Made by a program: the position numbers and the translations under genes | Part shown: one piece after another, positions 26,608-36,869 of the stretch | How the letters are laid out: the number at the start of each line of letters is the position of its first letter | Numbering within the stretch: the first letter of the stretch is position 1 | From: Patescibacteria group bacterium | Lineage (GTDB): Bacteria > Patescibacteriota > JABMPQ01 > JAHIRA01 | DNA: 64,000 bases | Reading direction: 5' to 3' | Assembly: GCA_018818205.1 (NCBI GenBank) | Contig: JAHISJ010000025.1 | Coordinates: 7,343-71,342, forward strand | The notes under the pieces: model-generated | The model's input: only the letters and a program-made list of their open reading frames with translations | What the model was told of the DNA's origin: nothing | Database searches by the model: none

Positions 26608-28677
26608 TTATTTTTTTGCCGGAAACGGTTCTTTTGAATACTTCTTAAAATCGTCCGTTTGGCTAAATAAATACCGAGGCATCCACGGATGCACCACTTT
26701 GCCACCAAAGTAAATGGTTCTTGCGACTTCATCTACGCTGTATCCACCATAAATATACGCATTAACGAGTTTGGACCAATTATACGCATTTACTTTTGCT
26801 GCTTTAAGATCATATCCTGCCTCGAGTTTGTTTCTTAAATCAAGTGCAATTTCTTTCTCTTTGTCATTTGGGATTCTAAGCTGTGCATAATAAGAACGAG
26901 CATTTTTATCTATTCGTTTCTTCTCATCTGGCAGTGTTTTAAAGATATTCTTTTTGTACGTCTCAGATTCTCTATATACATACCAGTTGGTACTTGTATC
27001 TATTACACCTGAATAAAAATGCTTCCTGATCATTGCATCAATGGGGTAATCACAGTAGACATAATAATCGACATATTCACCCCAATTTTTGCCATCAATC
27101 CCCAAAAGATCCATCTTTTTATCTTTGGCAACACCTTCAAATTCGCGGCGCAAAGAGAAAGCTTTTTCCTCCAATTTTTGCTGTGAAACTTTATCGCGTC
27201 CACAGTTATACCGCCCTTTGCCATCTGACGCAATCCCCTTGTTTTCAAGGTACTGATTATTTGTTTTAAACGACCACCTAGACTCGGTATTGTTTCCTGC
27301 ATTATCACTGAGTGATAAAGCGACCTCAATATCTTTATTGGGAGTATATACTCCATCATTTTTATTAATGGTAACTGACGTGCTCCAATACGATGATGTA
27401 TCAATTGTACCCGTAAATCCTTCAACAAATGATCCACCTGAAATTGCTTGCATGCCATCAACAGTGACATTGAGACTTCCATGATTTACTCCAGACACTC
27501 CGTCTGATGCAGCAAAGGAAACACTGGTATCTTGCGGTACTTCCACTGATCCATTTGAGGGAAACTGATTTGTAGCTGCAGGCCCCGCAGTGTCAATGAC
27601 TGTTCCAGCCCACATTTCTGTTCCTGAACCATTGTTTGCCATACCAACGTATAACGTATTATTACTATCTGTCAGAACAGTGGGTTTTACATTCCCCGCA
27701 TCACCAAAACCATCGCTCGTAACTGCACTCATATTTGTTCCATCATATTCCCAGACCTTTGCCCCGGTAACTGCGTTAGAAAGCCCAAAGTACAGGCGGT
27801 CATACAGCGTCGTTATTGACCGTACAGAAATATTTTGTTCATCTCCAAAACCATCACTCCCCACTTGTTCAAATGTGCTTCCATCGTATTTTATAAGTTC
27901 ACCACCGGTTATTATATTGTCTGTTCCTATATATAGATTACCCCGGTACTCGTGCATAGGAAGAATACTCTCATTATTTACATCACCAAAACCTCCACTT
28001 GCCCGCTGTGTCCAGTTTGTACCACCATTATAAGACCACAGCTCTGCGCCAGTGGCTATGTTGAACGTTCCAGCGTACAAAGAGTCATTATATGAAGTCA
28101 AACTAAATGATGCCATGTTCGCGCCACCAAATCCGTCAGAGTTTACCTGGGTCCAGGTAGAGCCATCAAATGACCATACTTCGGCTCCAGTAACAGAGTT
28201 AAATGTCCCAACAAACATTTTGTCATTAAGCACTTCTGTCCCAACGGCGAACCAATTATTTGGATCACCAAAACCATCGCTTACAACCTCGCTCCATGTG
28301 CTCCCATCATATCGAAACACTTTCAAAATGGGTGTCGAGTTGTATACAAAAGCATACAAATGACCGTTGTATACCTGCATAGCATAAATCGCTCCATTTT
28401 GAGCAGAACCAAATCCATCAGTATTTACTTGTGCCCAACCCGCAGCTTCACGTTTAAATACTTCAGCTCCGGTAACGCTATTTAGCGTCGCTGCATACAT
28501 TGACCCGTTGTAAAGTTCATATGCATACGTATCACTATTGTTTGGATCGCCATACCCATTTGCATTTATTTGTGCCCAATTAAATGGTTGTGCTGCTTCA
28601 GCATGTAAGCCAAAAGATAACGCCACTATGCTACCTATGCAGCACATGATTAATATCACTTTTCTTTTTGTCTTCAT
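26608..28677 (-). CDS. Secreted beta-propeller + Ig-like surface protein with duplicated C-terminal domain
   Basis: Signal peptide; about 7 repeats of W.QV.SDGFGD..N...LY.GT.N..TGAE+W; Ig-like stretch ending SDNAGN...WSFKT. Confidence 0.75.
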   Translation of the reverse strand: MKTKRKVILIMCCIGSIVALSFGLHAEAAQPFNWAQINANGYGDPNNSDTYAYELYNGSMYAATLNSVTGAEVFKREAAGWAQVNTDGFGSAQNGAIYAMQVYNGHLYAFVYNSTPILKVFRYDGSTWSEVVSDGFGDPNNWFAVGTEVLNDKMFVGTFNSVTGAEVWSFDGSTWTQVNSDGFGGANMASFSLTSYNDSLYAGTFNIATGAELWSYNGGTNWTQRASGGFGDVNNESILPMHEYRGNLYIGTDNIITGGELIKYDGSTFEQVGSDGFGDEQNISVRSITTLYDRLYFGLSNAVTGAKVWEYDGTNMSAVTSDGFGDAGNVKPTVLTDSNNTLYVGMANNGSGTEMWAGTVIDTAGPAATNQFPSNGSVEVPQDTSVSFAASDGVSGVNHGSLNVTVDGMQAISGGSFVEGFTGTIDTSSYWSTSVTINKNDGVYTPNKDIEVALSLSDNAGNNTESRWSFKTNNQYLENKGIASDGKGRYNCGRDKVSQQKLEEKAFSLRREFEGVAKDKKMDLLGIDGKNWGEYVDYYVYCDYPIDAMIRKHFYSGVIDTSTNWYVYRESETYKKNIFKTLPDEKKRIDKNARSYYAQLRIPNDKEKEIALDLRNKLEAGYDLKAAKVNAYNWSKLVNAYIYGGYSVDEVARTIYFGGKVVHPWMPRYLFSQTDDFKKYSKEPFPAKK

Positions 28678-28735
28678 TTTTTTTATTCCTTAGTCTTTTT
28701 GTTATTCTAGCAGTTTTTTATACTAATGTGAGCCT

Positions 28736-30166
28736 TTATCCCTTTACGACTACTAGCGGTTTTAGCTTCACTACTTTTTTTGCTATTCCTGTTTCTTGAA
28801 CTACGTTAACCACGTCATCAATATCTTTATACGCCCCCGGCGCTTCTTCTACGAGCCCTCTCGCTGAGCCCGCACGAGCGACTACATGATACTCATCTAG
28901 CTCTTGTTTGAGTTTGTTATAATCGATTACCTTCTTTGCCTTTTTTCTCGACATTCTCCTCCCCGCACCATGGCAGGTTGATCCAAACGACTGCTTCATA
29001 GACTCGTTGGTTCCTGCAAGAACGTATGAGAACGTCCCCATTGACCCTGGAATAATGACCGGCTGACCAACCGATTGATACTGCTTTGGGATTTCTGGAT
29101 GACCAGGACCAAATGCCCGTGTCGCTCCTTTTCTATGTACTACAACCTCTTTACCATCATGTGTTTCACGCTTTGCCATGTTATGACCGACATCATACAA
29201 AATACTGAGATCCTCTTTTTTATCAATAATCTGCTTCCATGAACCTCTTACCAAGTGTGTTAGAACTTGCCTATTACAAAATCCAAAATTTGCTGCAGCG
29301 TTCATTGCCTTAAAGTATTCTTGCCCCTCTTTTGATAAAAATGGCACCGAAGCAAGTTCTCTATCTGGCAAAGTAATATCATACTTTGCCATTGCTTGAA
29401 CCATTACGCGCAAATAATCAGTGCACACCTGATGACCCAGTCCTCTGGAACCAGTATGAATCATTACAACAATTTGATCTTTAAATAAACCAAACGTTTG
29501 TGCTATTTCGTCGTCCAAAACTTCATGGACCTTTTGCACTTCTACAAAGTGGTTTCCTGCACCCAGTGTTCCTACCTGATCTCGTCCGCGCTTTTTTGCA
29601 TGATCAGTAATAAGACTAGAATCTGCCTCATCAAAACGTCCACCTTGTTCTAAAAATTCCTCATCACCTTCTAACCCATACCCTTTTTTTATTATCCACG
29701 GCACGCCGCCTTCTAAAAGCTCATCCATCTCATCTTGAGAAAGCACAAGCTCGCCACCTCTACCAACACCAGATGGGGTATCACGCTGAACTTGATTCGC
29801 TAAATCAACAATAGAGCTTTCAATGTCTTTTACTGTTTTTTTACTCTTCAAAAGCCTCACCCCGCAATTGATATCGTAGCCCACACCGCCTGGGGAAATA
29901 ACACCATCTTCTACGCTAAGCGCCGCTACCCCGCCAATAGGAAATCCATACCCCTCGTGAATGTCTGGCATTGAAATGGCAAACTCTTGAATGCCAGGGA
30001 GTGTTGATACGTTGACCAGCTGTTCTAATGATCTATCTGTCGTAATGTCGTCAAGCATTCTTTCTGAAGCAAAAACTCGTGCTGGAACACACATATCCTC
30101 GCGATATGATTTTGGAATTTCCCAGATATTTTTTTGTACTTTTTGTAGAATCTCTTTAGAAAACAC
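28736..30166 (-). CDS. rtcB: RNA-splicing ligase RtcB (archaeal/eukaryotic-like long type)
   Basis: MPDIHEGYGFPIG, VGYDINCGVR, GTLGAGNHFVE, HTGSRG, HRKGAT, HGAGR. Confidence 0.97.
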   Translation of the reverse strand: MFSKEILQKVQKNIWEIPKSYREDMCVPARVFASERMLDDITTDRSLEQLVNVSTLPGIQEFAISMPDIHEGYGFPIGGVAALSVEDGVISPGGVGYDINCGVRLLKSKKTVKDIESSIVDLANQVQRDTPSGVGRGGELVLSQDEMDELLEGGVPWIIKKGYGLEGDEEFLEQGGRFDEADSSLITDHAKKRGRDQVGTLGAGNHFVEVQKVHEVLDDEIAQTFGLFKDQIVVMIHTGSRGLGHQVCTDYLRVMVQAMAKYDITLPDRELASVPFLSKEGQEYFKAMNAAANFGFCNRQVLTHLVRGSWKQIIDKKEDLSILYDVGHNMAKRETHDGKEVVVHRKGATRAFGPGHPEIPKQYQSVGQPVIIPGSMGTFSYVLAGTNESMKQSFGSTCHGAGRRMSRKKAKKVIDYNKLKQELDEYHVVARAGSARGLVEEAPGAYKDIDDVVNVVQETGIAKKVVKLKPLVVVKG

Positions 30167-30178
30167 TGTGTCATTACA

Positions 30179-30586
30179 TTATACATCTACTAAAATAGTT
30201 GCTTCGAGCTTTCCATTATGTTTTTTTATTGTTAATCCGTGATAGGTTATTGCTTTTACATCTTCTTTAGCTACTGATTTTATGCATTTCATTGTTGAAC
30301 TAATTTTTTGTTCATTTATTGTATGAATGGAAAAATCAAAACAATACACGTTACGAGTATCCGATTCAAGCAAGATATCAGAAAGCCAGTTGACAAGAAG
30401 TGCTTCTTTGTCTGGTCCACTTGTTTCCAATACTACATCGCTTACCTCCTTACCCTCCTTAGAAGACTCCTCTTCATACATCACCGACATAAGTCCTCTT
30501 GCAGCATTCATAAACAATTCCTCAAGCGATTTGCCATACGCTTTTATTTTAAGATCTGCGGTGTGCTCAAGAATCTCATACTTCAT
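30179..30586 (-). CDS. Archease
   Basis: YEILEHTADL, LLVNWL, VKAITYH, C-terminal LVDV; directly upstream of rtcB. Confidence 0.95.
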   Translation of the reverse strand: MKYEILEHTADLKIKAYGKSLEELFMNAARGLMSVMYEEESSKEGKEVSDVVLETSGPDKEALLVNWLSDILLESDTRNVYCFDFSIHTINEQKISSTMKCIKSVAKEDVKAITYHGLTIKKHNGKLEATILVDV

Positions 30587-30689
30587 TGCTTTTTATTTCT
30601 TAGTCCAGTCTCAAAGATATACATATGGTTACTTTTAGTATACCAAGTTTTGCCTCTGTACTAAAGCTACTATTTTGTGAATAGAATTA

Positions 30690-31751
30690 TTATTTCTTCC
30701 GTAAACACCGCATCATCTCCAAATAACAATGCAGATTGTGAATTGTTGCAAGCCTTGCATAGAGCATCTCTTTTACCCTAAAAAGATGTCTTAAATATGC
30801 TTTGGAATAATTCTTACAAGTGAGGCACGAACATCTCTTATCTATAGGACCTATATCTGTGCTATACTTCTCCTTCTTAATATGAATAATATCGTACTTA
30901 ACTTTTGTTTTAAGCACATCAATGTATGAAAAGAGAGATCCGTGCCGAGCGTTTCTTGTTGGAATAACACAGTCAAACATATCCACTCCCAGCCTCACGG
31001 CATCAAAAATATCCTCCGGCTTACCGACTCCCATAAGGTACCTCGGTTTGTCTTCAGGAAGATTCTTGATGGTTTTTTTGAGCACTGGAAGCATCCTTTC
31101 CCTTGGCTCTCCAACAGCAAGCCCACCAACGGCATACCCATCAAATCCTATTTCCATTAGATCATGTGCACTTTTTTCTCTTAAATCAGAAAACACTCCA
31201 CCCTGGACAATACCAAAGAGTAGGGGTCTCTTTGACTTGAGGACTCCTTTCATTCGTTTCTCAAAGTGCTCTTTTGACCGCTTTGCCCAAAGCGTCGTTA
31301 AATCAACTGATTGTCTCACATACTCTTTTTTTGCCGGATAGCCTACACATTCATCAAGTACCATTAGAATGTCCGATCCAATGGCAAGCTGGGTATCTAT
31401 GGCATCTTCCGGAGAAAGAAAAATCTTCCTTCCATCAATGTGAGAAGAAAAAGTAACCCCTTTTTCCGATATCTTTCTTATTTTAGAGAGGCTAAATACT
31501 TGGAACCCCCCGCTGTCTGTAAGAATCGGCCTATCCCATTTCATAAGCTCATGCAGCCCCCCAACCTTCTCAAGAGTCTTTATGCCTGGCTCAAGTAATA
31601 AATGATACGTATTTGAAAGAATGATTTGTGGATTAAGGTCAAAGAGGTCTTCAGAAGAAACAGCACCTTTTATAGCACCACGCGTTGCGATAGGCATAAA
31701 AAATGGTGTCTTGATTGTTCCTCGTCTTGTTTTAACGTCACGTTTTCGCAT
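30690..31751 (-). CDS. tgt: Queuine tRNA-ribosyltransferase
   Basis: TPFFMP, LSNTYHL, TDSGGFQVFSL, GGLAVGE, DMFDCVIPTR, CSCLTC, HNL. Confidence 0.97.
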   Translation of the reverse strand: MRKRDVKTRRGTIKTPFFMPIATRGAIKGAVSSEDLFDLNPQIILSNTYHLLLEPGIKTLEKVGGLHELMKWDRPILTDSGGFQVFSLSKIRKISEKGVTFSSHIDGRKIFLSPEDAIDTQLAIGSDILMVLDECVGYPAKKEYVRQSVDLTTLWAKRSKEHFEKRMKGVLKSKRPLLFGIVQGGVFSDLREKSAHDLMEIGFDGYAVGGLAVGEPRERMLPVLKKTIKNLPEDKPRYLMGVGKPEDIFDAVRLGVDMFDCVIPTRNARHGSLFSYIDVLKTKVKYDIIHIKKEKYSTDIGPIDKRCSCLTCKNYSKAYLRHLFRVKEMLYARLATIHNLHCYLEMMRCLRKK

Positions 31752-31837
31752 GTAGATAACAGTAGCAAGGTTTGGTAAAAAAATAAACCCTCAACTTCAC
31801 TGTATGCGGGTTTATTTTTGAACGTAAATACTAACGC

Positions 31838-34060
31838 TTATCTCAAACTGAGACCACTTCCGTCTCCAGTTTCCACTTCATCAGTTTTTGCTTCCTCATT
31901 TGTATTGTCAACCGGCAAATCATTTGTCCCCTCTTCAAAATCATCTCCTCTCACTGCCCCTTCTTCACTTTGATCCAGCGAGAAGTCATCTTGTATTTCA
32001 ACTTCTTTTTCTAGAACTTCTCCTTTTCCTAATGCAAAAGGATCATCGGTAAGATCTGAGGTAACATTTGGCTCAGTTTTCATAATATCTTGGTCAGTAT
32101 ATGCATCAATACCGGTAAACATAATTTTTTTGGTAAGTTCAACGGTCTTGCCAATATCCTCTACACTTGGTACTAAGTTCACATCTACATATGCCTCGAT
32201 ATTTTCAGAAAATTGACCGGTATGCGCAGGAATCTTTCCTATTGTCCAAATAACTTGATCATCTTCCACTATGAGTGTTCCCACATTGGTTGATTTACTC
32301 CCCGTAAACTGAACCCACTTTGGTAAAGATACTTCTACTATTCCTTCATTAACTTCGTTTGTGGTATTTGAAAGAACAAGATACATCCTATACGTTGTCT
32401 TCTTTGATGCAACTGGAGGAAGTGGTCCCGATCCTACCTTTCTTCCTTCAAAGTCATAGTAATGAACCTCAGGTCTAATAGTCACTAAAGAATTAATCTT
32501 TGTGATTGCATTTTTGCTTTCGATTTGGATTGATTTTTCTGGATTGCCCTCTGTTCCTTCAGCTTTAAAGAACGACCGAGCCTTTATCTCAAAATTGATA
32601 TCGTCCTTATCTTTCACTGGCATAGTATCTGCAATACGCACCTTAAATGTTAATTCGCCTTCATCGCCAGCATTGACTGTCTCTAAATCAGGAATAGTCT
32701 CTTTATCCCAGATTACTACACCATCTTTGACCTTGCCTCTATCTACTTCAAACGACTCAGTATTTACGAGCTTAGTATCAAGATGTGTTTCTAACGTTAC
32801 ATTTTTAAATGCTTCCGTTCCGGTATTTTTATACTTCACGGTATACTCCAATTGCTCACCAGGACTCATTGCATTTTCTACTTTTCCAAAAACCTTGGTT
32901 GAAATGTCAGCAACAACCTTTGCTATCTCAATAGAAACGTCCTTTTCAATTTGCGGGTAGAATTCGTTTTTATCGTCTACAAAACCAAGTACGGCTTGAA
33001 TCTTCTTTTGATCTTTGGCTTTGCCGGTAAGGACTCCTTTTACTTTAATTAACTCTTCTTCACCTTCATTCAACGTTTCAATATCAAACGTATCAAAGTC
33101 AAAGTCAGGACGTGGGGAACTTGATTTAAACTCGAATGCTGCCGGATACACCATCTTTACTCTCAGGTTTTCAAGATCAAATGACTCCGTGTTGTTTACT
33201 GCCACATTAAATGTAAACTCACTCCCCGAGGTAACTGATTTTGGTGCGGTAAAATCGACTTCAATACCCAAAGCCTCTAATTTTGTTTTAACTACACGCT
33301 CTTCTGTAAAGTGAGATGAAACGTTCCGTGGCTTATAGCTGAGTCTCGCGGTAACTGTCTTTTGATCATCAACGTTTCCTACGAGTGTTCCTTTAATGGT
33401 AATTGTTTGGCTTGCCCCTTTTGCAAGCGACTTAAGCTCCCATTTTGTCTCATTAAAATCAGCCGATTCTGGTGAAACAGATACTGGAGTAAATCCATCA
33501 GGATAAATCATATCTACCGTTACGTCCTCAAAATCAACCGAGTCCTTATTATTTACAGAAATAGTATATTCAGTCTCAGCTCCATTGACCATTTGCTCTG
33601 GACCATTGAGCGTAAACTCAACGTCTTTTGGAACAAGAGCTCCATTCTCCAAAAAAACAAACCGATACACAATACCTGCGATCGCTACGAGTACGACAAG
33701 AACGGCAAGTACAATCAGTGGAATCTTCCACCACTTTCGTTTTTTTATGTTGACCATTTTTTTCTTTTCTCCTTCTTTTTTTGCAACAGGGAAGATTTTT
33801 TCTTCTGCTGGCAAGCTGTGTTTCTCGTCGACTTTTACTCCCTCAACTGCCTTCTTCTTTTTTCCTGTTTCACCTTCTTCAAGTATAGACTTCTCTTTTG
33901 TTTGTTTTGCTGACGTTTTACTTGAGCTTTTCACTTTTGTTACGGGAATAGAAACACTCGAAGCGGTATTCTTCTTTTTTGTCGTACTTTTCTTTCGTGT
34001 TGTTTTTCTCATTGGACGACGCGCTGTACGTCTAGAGCGCGTTGTTTTTTTTCGAGGCAT
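31838..34060 (-). CDS. Membrane-anchored protein with tandem DUF11/Ig-like domains
   Basis: Basic N-terminus, single TM, repeated ..Y.+..N..(D/E)F..V.+...P.GF motifs, acidic tail. Confidence 0.75.
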   Translation of the reverse strand: MPRKKTTRSRRTARRPMRKTTRKKSTTKKKNTASSVSIPVTKVKSSSKTSAKQTKEKSILEEGETGKKKKAVEGVKVDEKHSLPAEEKIFPVAKKEGEKKKMVNIKKRKWWKIPLIVLAVLVVLVAIAGIVYRFVFLENGALVPKDVEFTLNGPEQMVNGAETEYTISVNNKDSVDFEDVTVDMIYPDGFTPVSVSPESADFNETKWELKSLAKGASQTITIKGTLVGNVDDQKTVTARLSYKPRNVSSHFTEERVVKTKLEALGIEVDFTAPKSVTSGSEFTFNVAVNNTESFDLENLRVKMVYPAAFEFKSSSPRPDFDFDTFDIETLNEGEEELIKVKGVLTGKAKDQKKIQAVLGFVDDKNEFYPQIEKDVSIEIAKVVADISTKVFGKVENAMSPGEQLEYTVKYKNTGTEAFKNVTLETHLDTKLVNTESFEVDRGKVKDGVVIWDKETIPDLETVNAGDEGELTFKVRIADTMPVKDKDDINFEIKARSFFKAEGTEGNPEKSIQIESKNAITKINSLVTIRPEVHYYDFEGRKVGSGPLPPVASKKTTYRMYLVLSNTTNEVNEGIVEVSLPKWVQFTGSKSTNVGTLIVEDDQVIWTIGKIPAHTGQFSENIEAYVDVNLVPSVEDIGKTVELTKKIMFTGIDAYTDQDIMKTEPNVTSDLTDDPFALGKGEVLEKEVEIQDDFSLDQSEEGAVRGDDFEEGTNDLPVDNTNEEAKTDEVETGDGSGLSLR

Positions 34061-34097
34061 ATATATCTCCTTTTATTTTAATACGAGTCACACCTAA

Positions 34098-34874
34098 CTA
34101 CCATCTGCCAGAGGCGCCGCCGCCGCCAGATGAGCCGCCACTAAATCCACCAAAGCTAGACGAACTTCCAGAGCCCCAGCTACTTCCACTATCTGATGAC
34201 GTCCAACTACTTCCTGAAGACGAATCATCTGATGAGCTTCCGCCCCCACGTCTTCCTCCTTTTCTTGTGGCTCTAGCTGCAAATATACTTGAAACTACAA
34301 TAATAACAACTACCAATAAAAAGATACCAAACCCAACTATGCCAGCTATAGTACTCTCCGATTCTGGGTCAGTATCAATGGGATTGTATTCCCCCTTCGT
34401 TGCAGCCATGATTGCTTGAAGACCCATTTTTACCCCATTATGATACCTGCCTTCTTTAAACTCGGGAGTAATTTCTTTCCGAATAATCTGATCAGCCAAC
34501 GCATCGGGTAACGCTCCTTCTAAACCATAGCCCGTTTCTATACGCATCTCACGATCATCCTTTACCACCACAAGAAGTGCACCATTATCTTTTTCCGCTT
34601 TTCCAATGCCCCACTTTTGGAACAGCTGCTCTGAGTACTCTTCTATACTGACTCCCTCGAGTGAGTTTATAGTAATAACCGCTAGTTCATTTGATGTCTC
34701 CGCTTCAAAATCAGAAAGCATTTGCTCTAAGTCATCGCTGTCACCAAGCATGCCTGCCTGATCATTAACAAACCCCGTTGGTCTTTCAGGATATAGAGGT
34801 TCGGCTGCAATGGCATGTCCACCAAACAGTATGCATAGACCAAGTACTACTGTGTATATTAGTGTCTTTCTCAT
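34098..34874 (-). CDS. TPM domain protein
   Basis: GFVNDQAGML, WGIG...DNGALL, RIETGYGLEG, Gly/Ser tail FSGGSSGGGGASGRW. Confidence 0.93.
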   Translation of the reverse strand: MRKTLIYTVVLGLCILFGGHAIAAEPLYPERPTGFVNDQAGMLGDSDDLEQMLSDFEAETSNELAVITINSLEGVSIEEYSEQLFQKWGIGKAEKDNGALLVVVKDDREMRIETGYGLEGALPDALADQIIRKEITPEFKEGRYHNGVKMGLQAIMAATKGEYNPIDTDPESESTIAGIVGFGIFLLVVVIIVVSSIFAARATRKGGRRGGGSSSDDSSSGSSWTSSDSGSSWGSGSSSSFGGFSGGSSGGGGASGRW

Positions 34875-34878
34875 AGTG

Positions 34879-35466
34879 CTAGTCAAAAGTTACCTCAGGG
34901 ACTACATCAGAGCCTTCTTCCGCTTCAAAGTATTCAACTACAATAAAACCAAACATACCGGCGATGAGATTAGTTGGAAATACTTTAATCTTTTTATTAT
35001 ACGTGGTCACTTCGTCGTTATAACGCATACGTTCTACCGCAATTCTGTTTTCTGTGCCCTCTAACTGCGCTTGAAGCTGCAAGAAATTTTCATTTGCTTT
35101 AAGCTCTGGATAACTTTCTGCAACAAGGAGCAAACGAGAAATAGCACTATCCATGCCGTTTGCCGCCTCGATCTGCTGTTCACGATCACCTGAGTCAACC
35201 GCTTTCCCCCACTGCGATCTAAGCGCTGTTACCTCGGTAAAAACGTCTTCTTCATGTGACGCATAGCCTTTTACAGTATTAACGAGATTGGGGATTAAAT
35301 CAGCTCGCCGTTGATATTGGTTTTCTACTTGCGCCCATTTGTTATCAACATTTTCTCTCGATTTCACCAGTGTATTGTATGTTCCCATAAAAAACACTGC
35401 AATGACGATACCAATGAGCACCACCACTCCTGCAATAATGCCACAAGCTAGAAGCCCTTTTTTCAT
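34879..35466 (-). CDS. lemA: LemA family protein
   Basis: YQRRADLIPNLVNTVKGY, ESYPELKANENF, LEGTENRIAVER. Confidence 0.96.
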   Translation of the reverse strand: MKKGLLACGIIAGVVVLIGIVIAVFFMGTYNTLVKSRENVDNKWAQVENQYQRRADLIPNLVNTVKGYASHEEDVFTEVTALRSQWGKAVDSGDREQQIEAANGMDSAISRLLLVAESYPELKANENFLQLQAQLEGTENRIAVERMRYNDEVTTYNKKIKVFPTNLIAGMFGFIVVEYFEAEEGSDVVPEVTFD

Positions 35467-35619
35467 GATTCTTTTTTATTATTCATAATATGCAATGCAA
35501 TAGTACCACAAAATTCAAAATGCTACAACCTCTGTCCTCCCTACTCCTTCCCACTCCACACCCCCGTCTGAATAATGAGGTCACCGGTGTAGCCAGGGTA
35601 GTTTGGTTTGATAAAGTAG

Positions 35620-36384
35620 TTATCTATATACTTGCATCGCATCCGTCCGCTCAACCATATACGTTGAATTGATCTTCTTTGAAAGCAAATACTGCGTATA
35701 CGTAAACAAAAGGGTATTGAGTGTATCACTAAGCTTCTTTTGCACCTGCATTCTTTCTACATCACTAAACGACGCTCTCACTAAAAACCGAAGCACTTTA
35801 AGCTCATCACCAGTTAGTGCGATACAAGAATTTTCTTTGCATGAAGCGCAAACCATGCCGCCATGCGAATGTGAAAAATAGTTCACTTCTTCTTTGAGCA
35901 CACTTCCACACTTTGTACAGTTAAAAAGCTCTGGCAAATACCCAAGAGTATGCAGTGCTTTAAGCATAAACCGGATGGTTATAAGCTCATGCCGCCCTTG
36001 GTCTTGCTCTCTATCAATGCTTGAAAGCGATTCATCAAAAAGAAAAAAGAGAGAGCTGTCTGAAAATGAGTCAGTAACGAGTTTATCTAAAAGTTCACAC
36101 ATACAATACAGATGCGTTGCTTTGTGCAGATCACTTCGCAGGTTTTTATACGTCTTAATAGACTTTGCAGATGTAATTGTCTGCAGACTTTTTGACTCAG
36201 AAAGCATAAATTCTGACATCATGCCGATCTCAAGATGCGGTGCCAATTTACTTTTGATCTTACGAACTCCTTTAGAAATACCCTTGACTTTTCCGTGGGT
36301 CTGTGTGAAAATGGTCACGATCTTGTGATGGTCCTCGAAATTTGATTTCTTCAGAATAAAGCCTTTTGTCTTGTACAGTGGCAT
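35620..36384 (-). CDS. recO: DNA repair protein RecO
   Basis: GFILK, FTQTHGKV..KGVRKIKSK, GYLPEL..CTKC...GGMVCASC. Confidence 0.93.
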   Translation of the reverse strand: MPLYKTKGFILKKSNFEDHHKIVTIFTQTHGKVKGISKGVRKIKSKLAPHLEIGMMSEFMLSESKSLQTITSAKSIKTYKNLRSDLHKATHLYCMCELLDKLVTDSFSDSSLFFLFDESLSSIDREQDQGRHELITIRFMLKALHTLGYLPELFNCTKCGSVLKEEVNYFSHSHGGMVCASCKENSCIALTGDELKVLRFLVRASFSDVERMQVQKKLSDTLNTLLFTYTQYLLSKKINSTYMVERTDAMQVYR

Positions 36385-36555
36385 GGGCGTATTTTTTTGA
36401 CTGTCCTTACGGTTCTATTATCTCTCTTTGAAGTATATCACACAAATGATACTGCAAAGAGAGTTGACCGAACTTAGATCAACTTGCACCTTTGAATTTA
36501 CATCTTGGAGGATTTCACATTTATACTTTTACCACCCCCTGTAGGAGAGGAAGAC

Positions 36556-36810
36556 ATGGCTGCAGCAGCTGGACCAAAACCGAACAACTTACGAATATTT
36601 CGTGAAGACCTTATGATGAGTAAGGCAGAACTTGCGCGCAGAGCCGAGGTTAGCGTATTAACGGTAGATAGAATTGAGCGTGGGGAAAATTGTCGCATGG
36701 GAACCATGCGAAAGTTATTAGAGGCAATGGGCATTCCTATCGTGCGAAGGATAGAAGTGTTCCCGCATCTTGGAGAACAAAATGATTCTCGGGAACGCGA
36801 ACGATTATAA
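36556..36810 (+). CDS. XRE-family HTH protein
   Basis: NNLRIFREDLMMSKAELARRAEVSVLTVDRIERG; AGGAGAGG RBS; followed by GAGCAG/CTGCTC terminator-like hairpin. Confidence 0.85.
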   Translation: MAAAAGPKPNNLRIFREDLMMSKAELARRAEVSVLTVDRIERGENCRMGTMRKLLEAMGIPIVRRIEVFPHLGEQNDSRERERL

Positions 36811-36869
36811 TAATCTCATTATTGCATTATATATGCGGAGCAGCTCTTTTACGACTGCTCTGTTTTTTA

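Noticed and set aside
27600-28580. Recurring CCAAAACCATC motifs as a possible array
   Set aside because: They encode the DGFG motif of the propeller blades
32502-34419. Long plus-strand ORFs (100-170 aa) opposite the DUF11-like and TPM genes
   Set aside because: Antisense frames of real genes, S/F/L-rich with no motifs; the same applies to most short overlapping ORFs in the track
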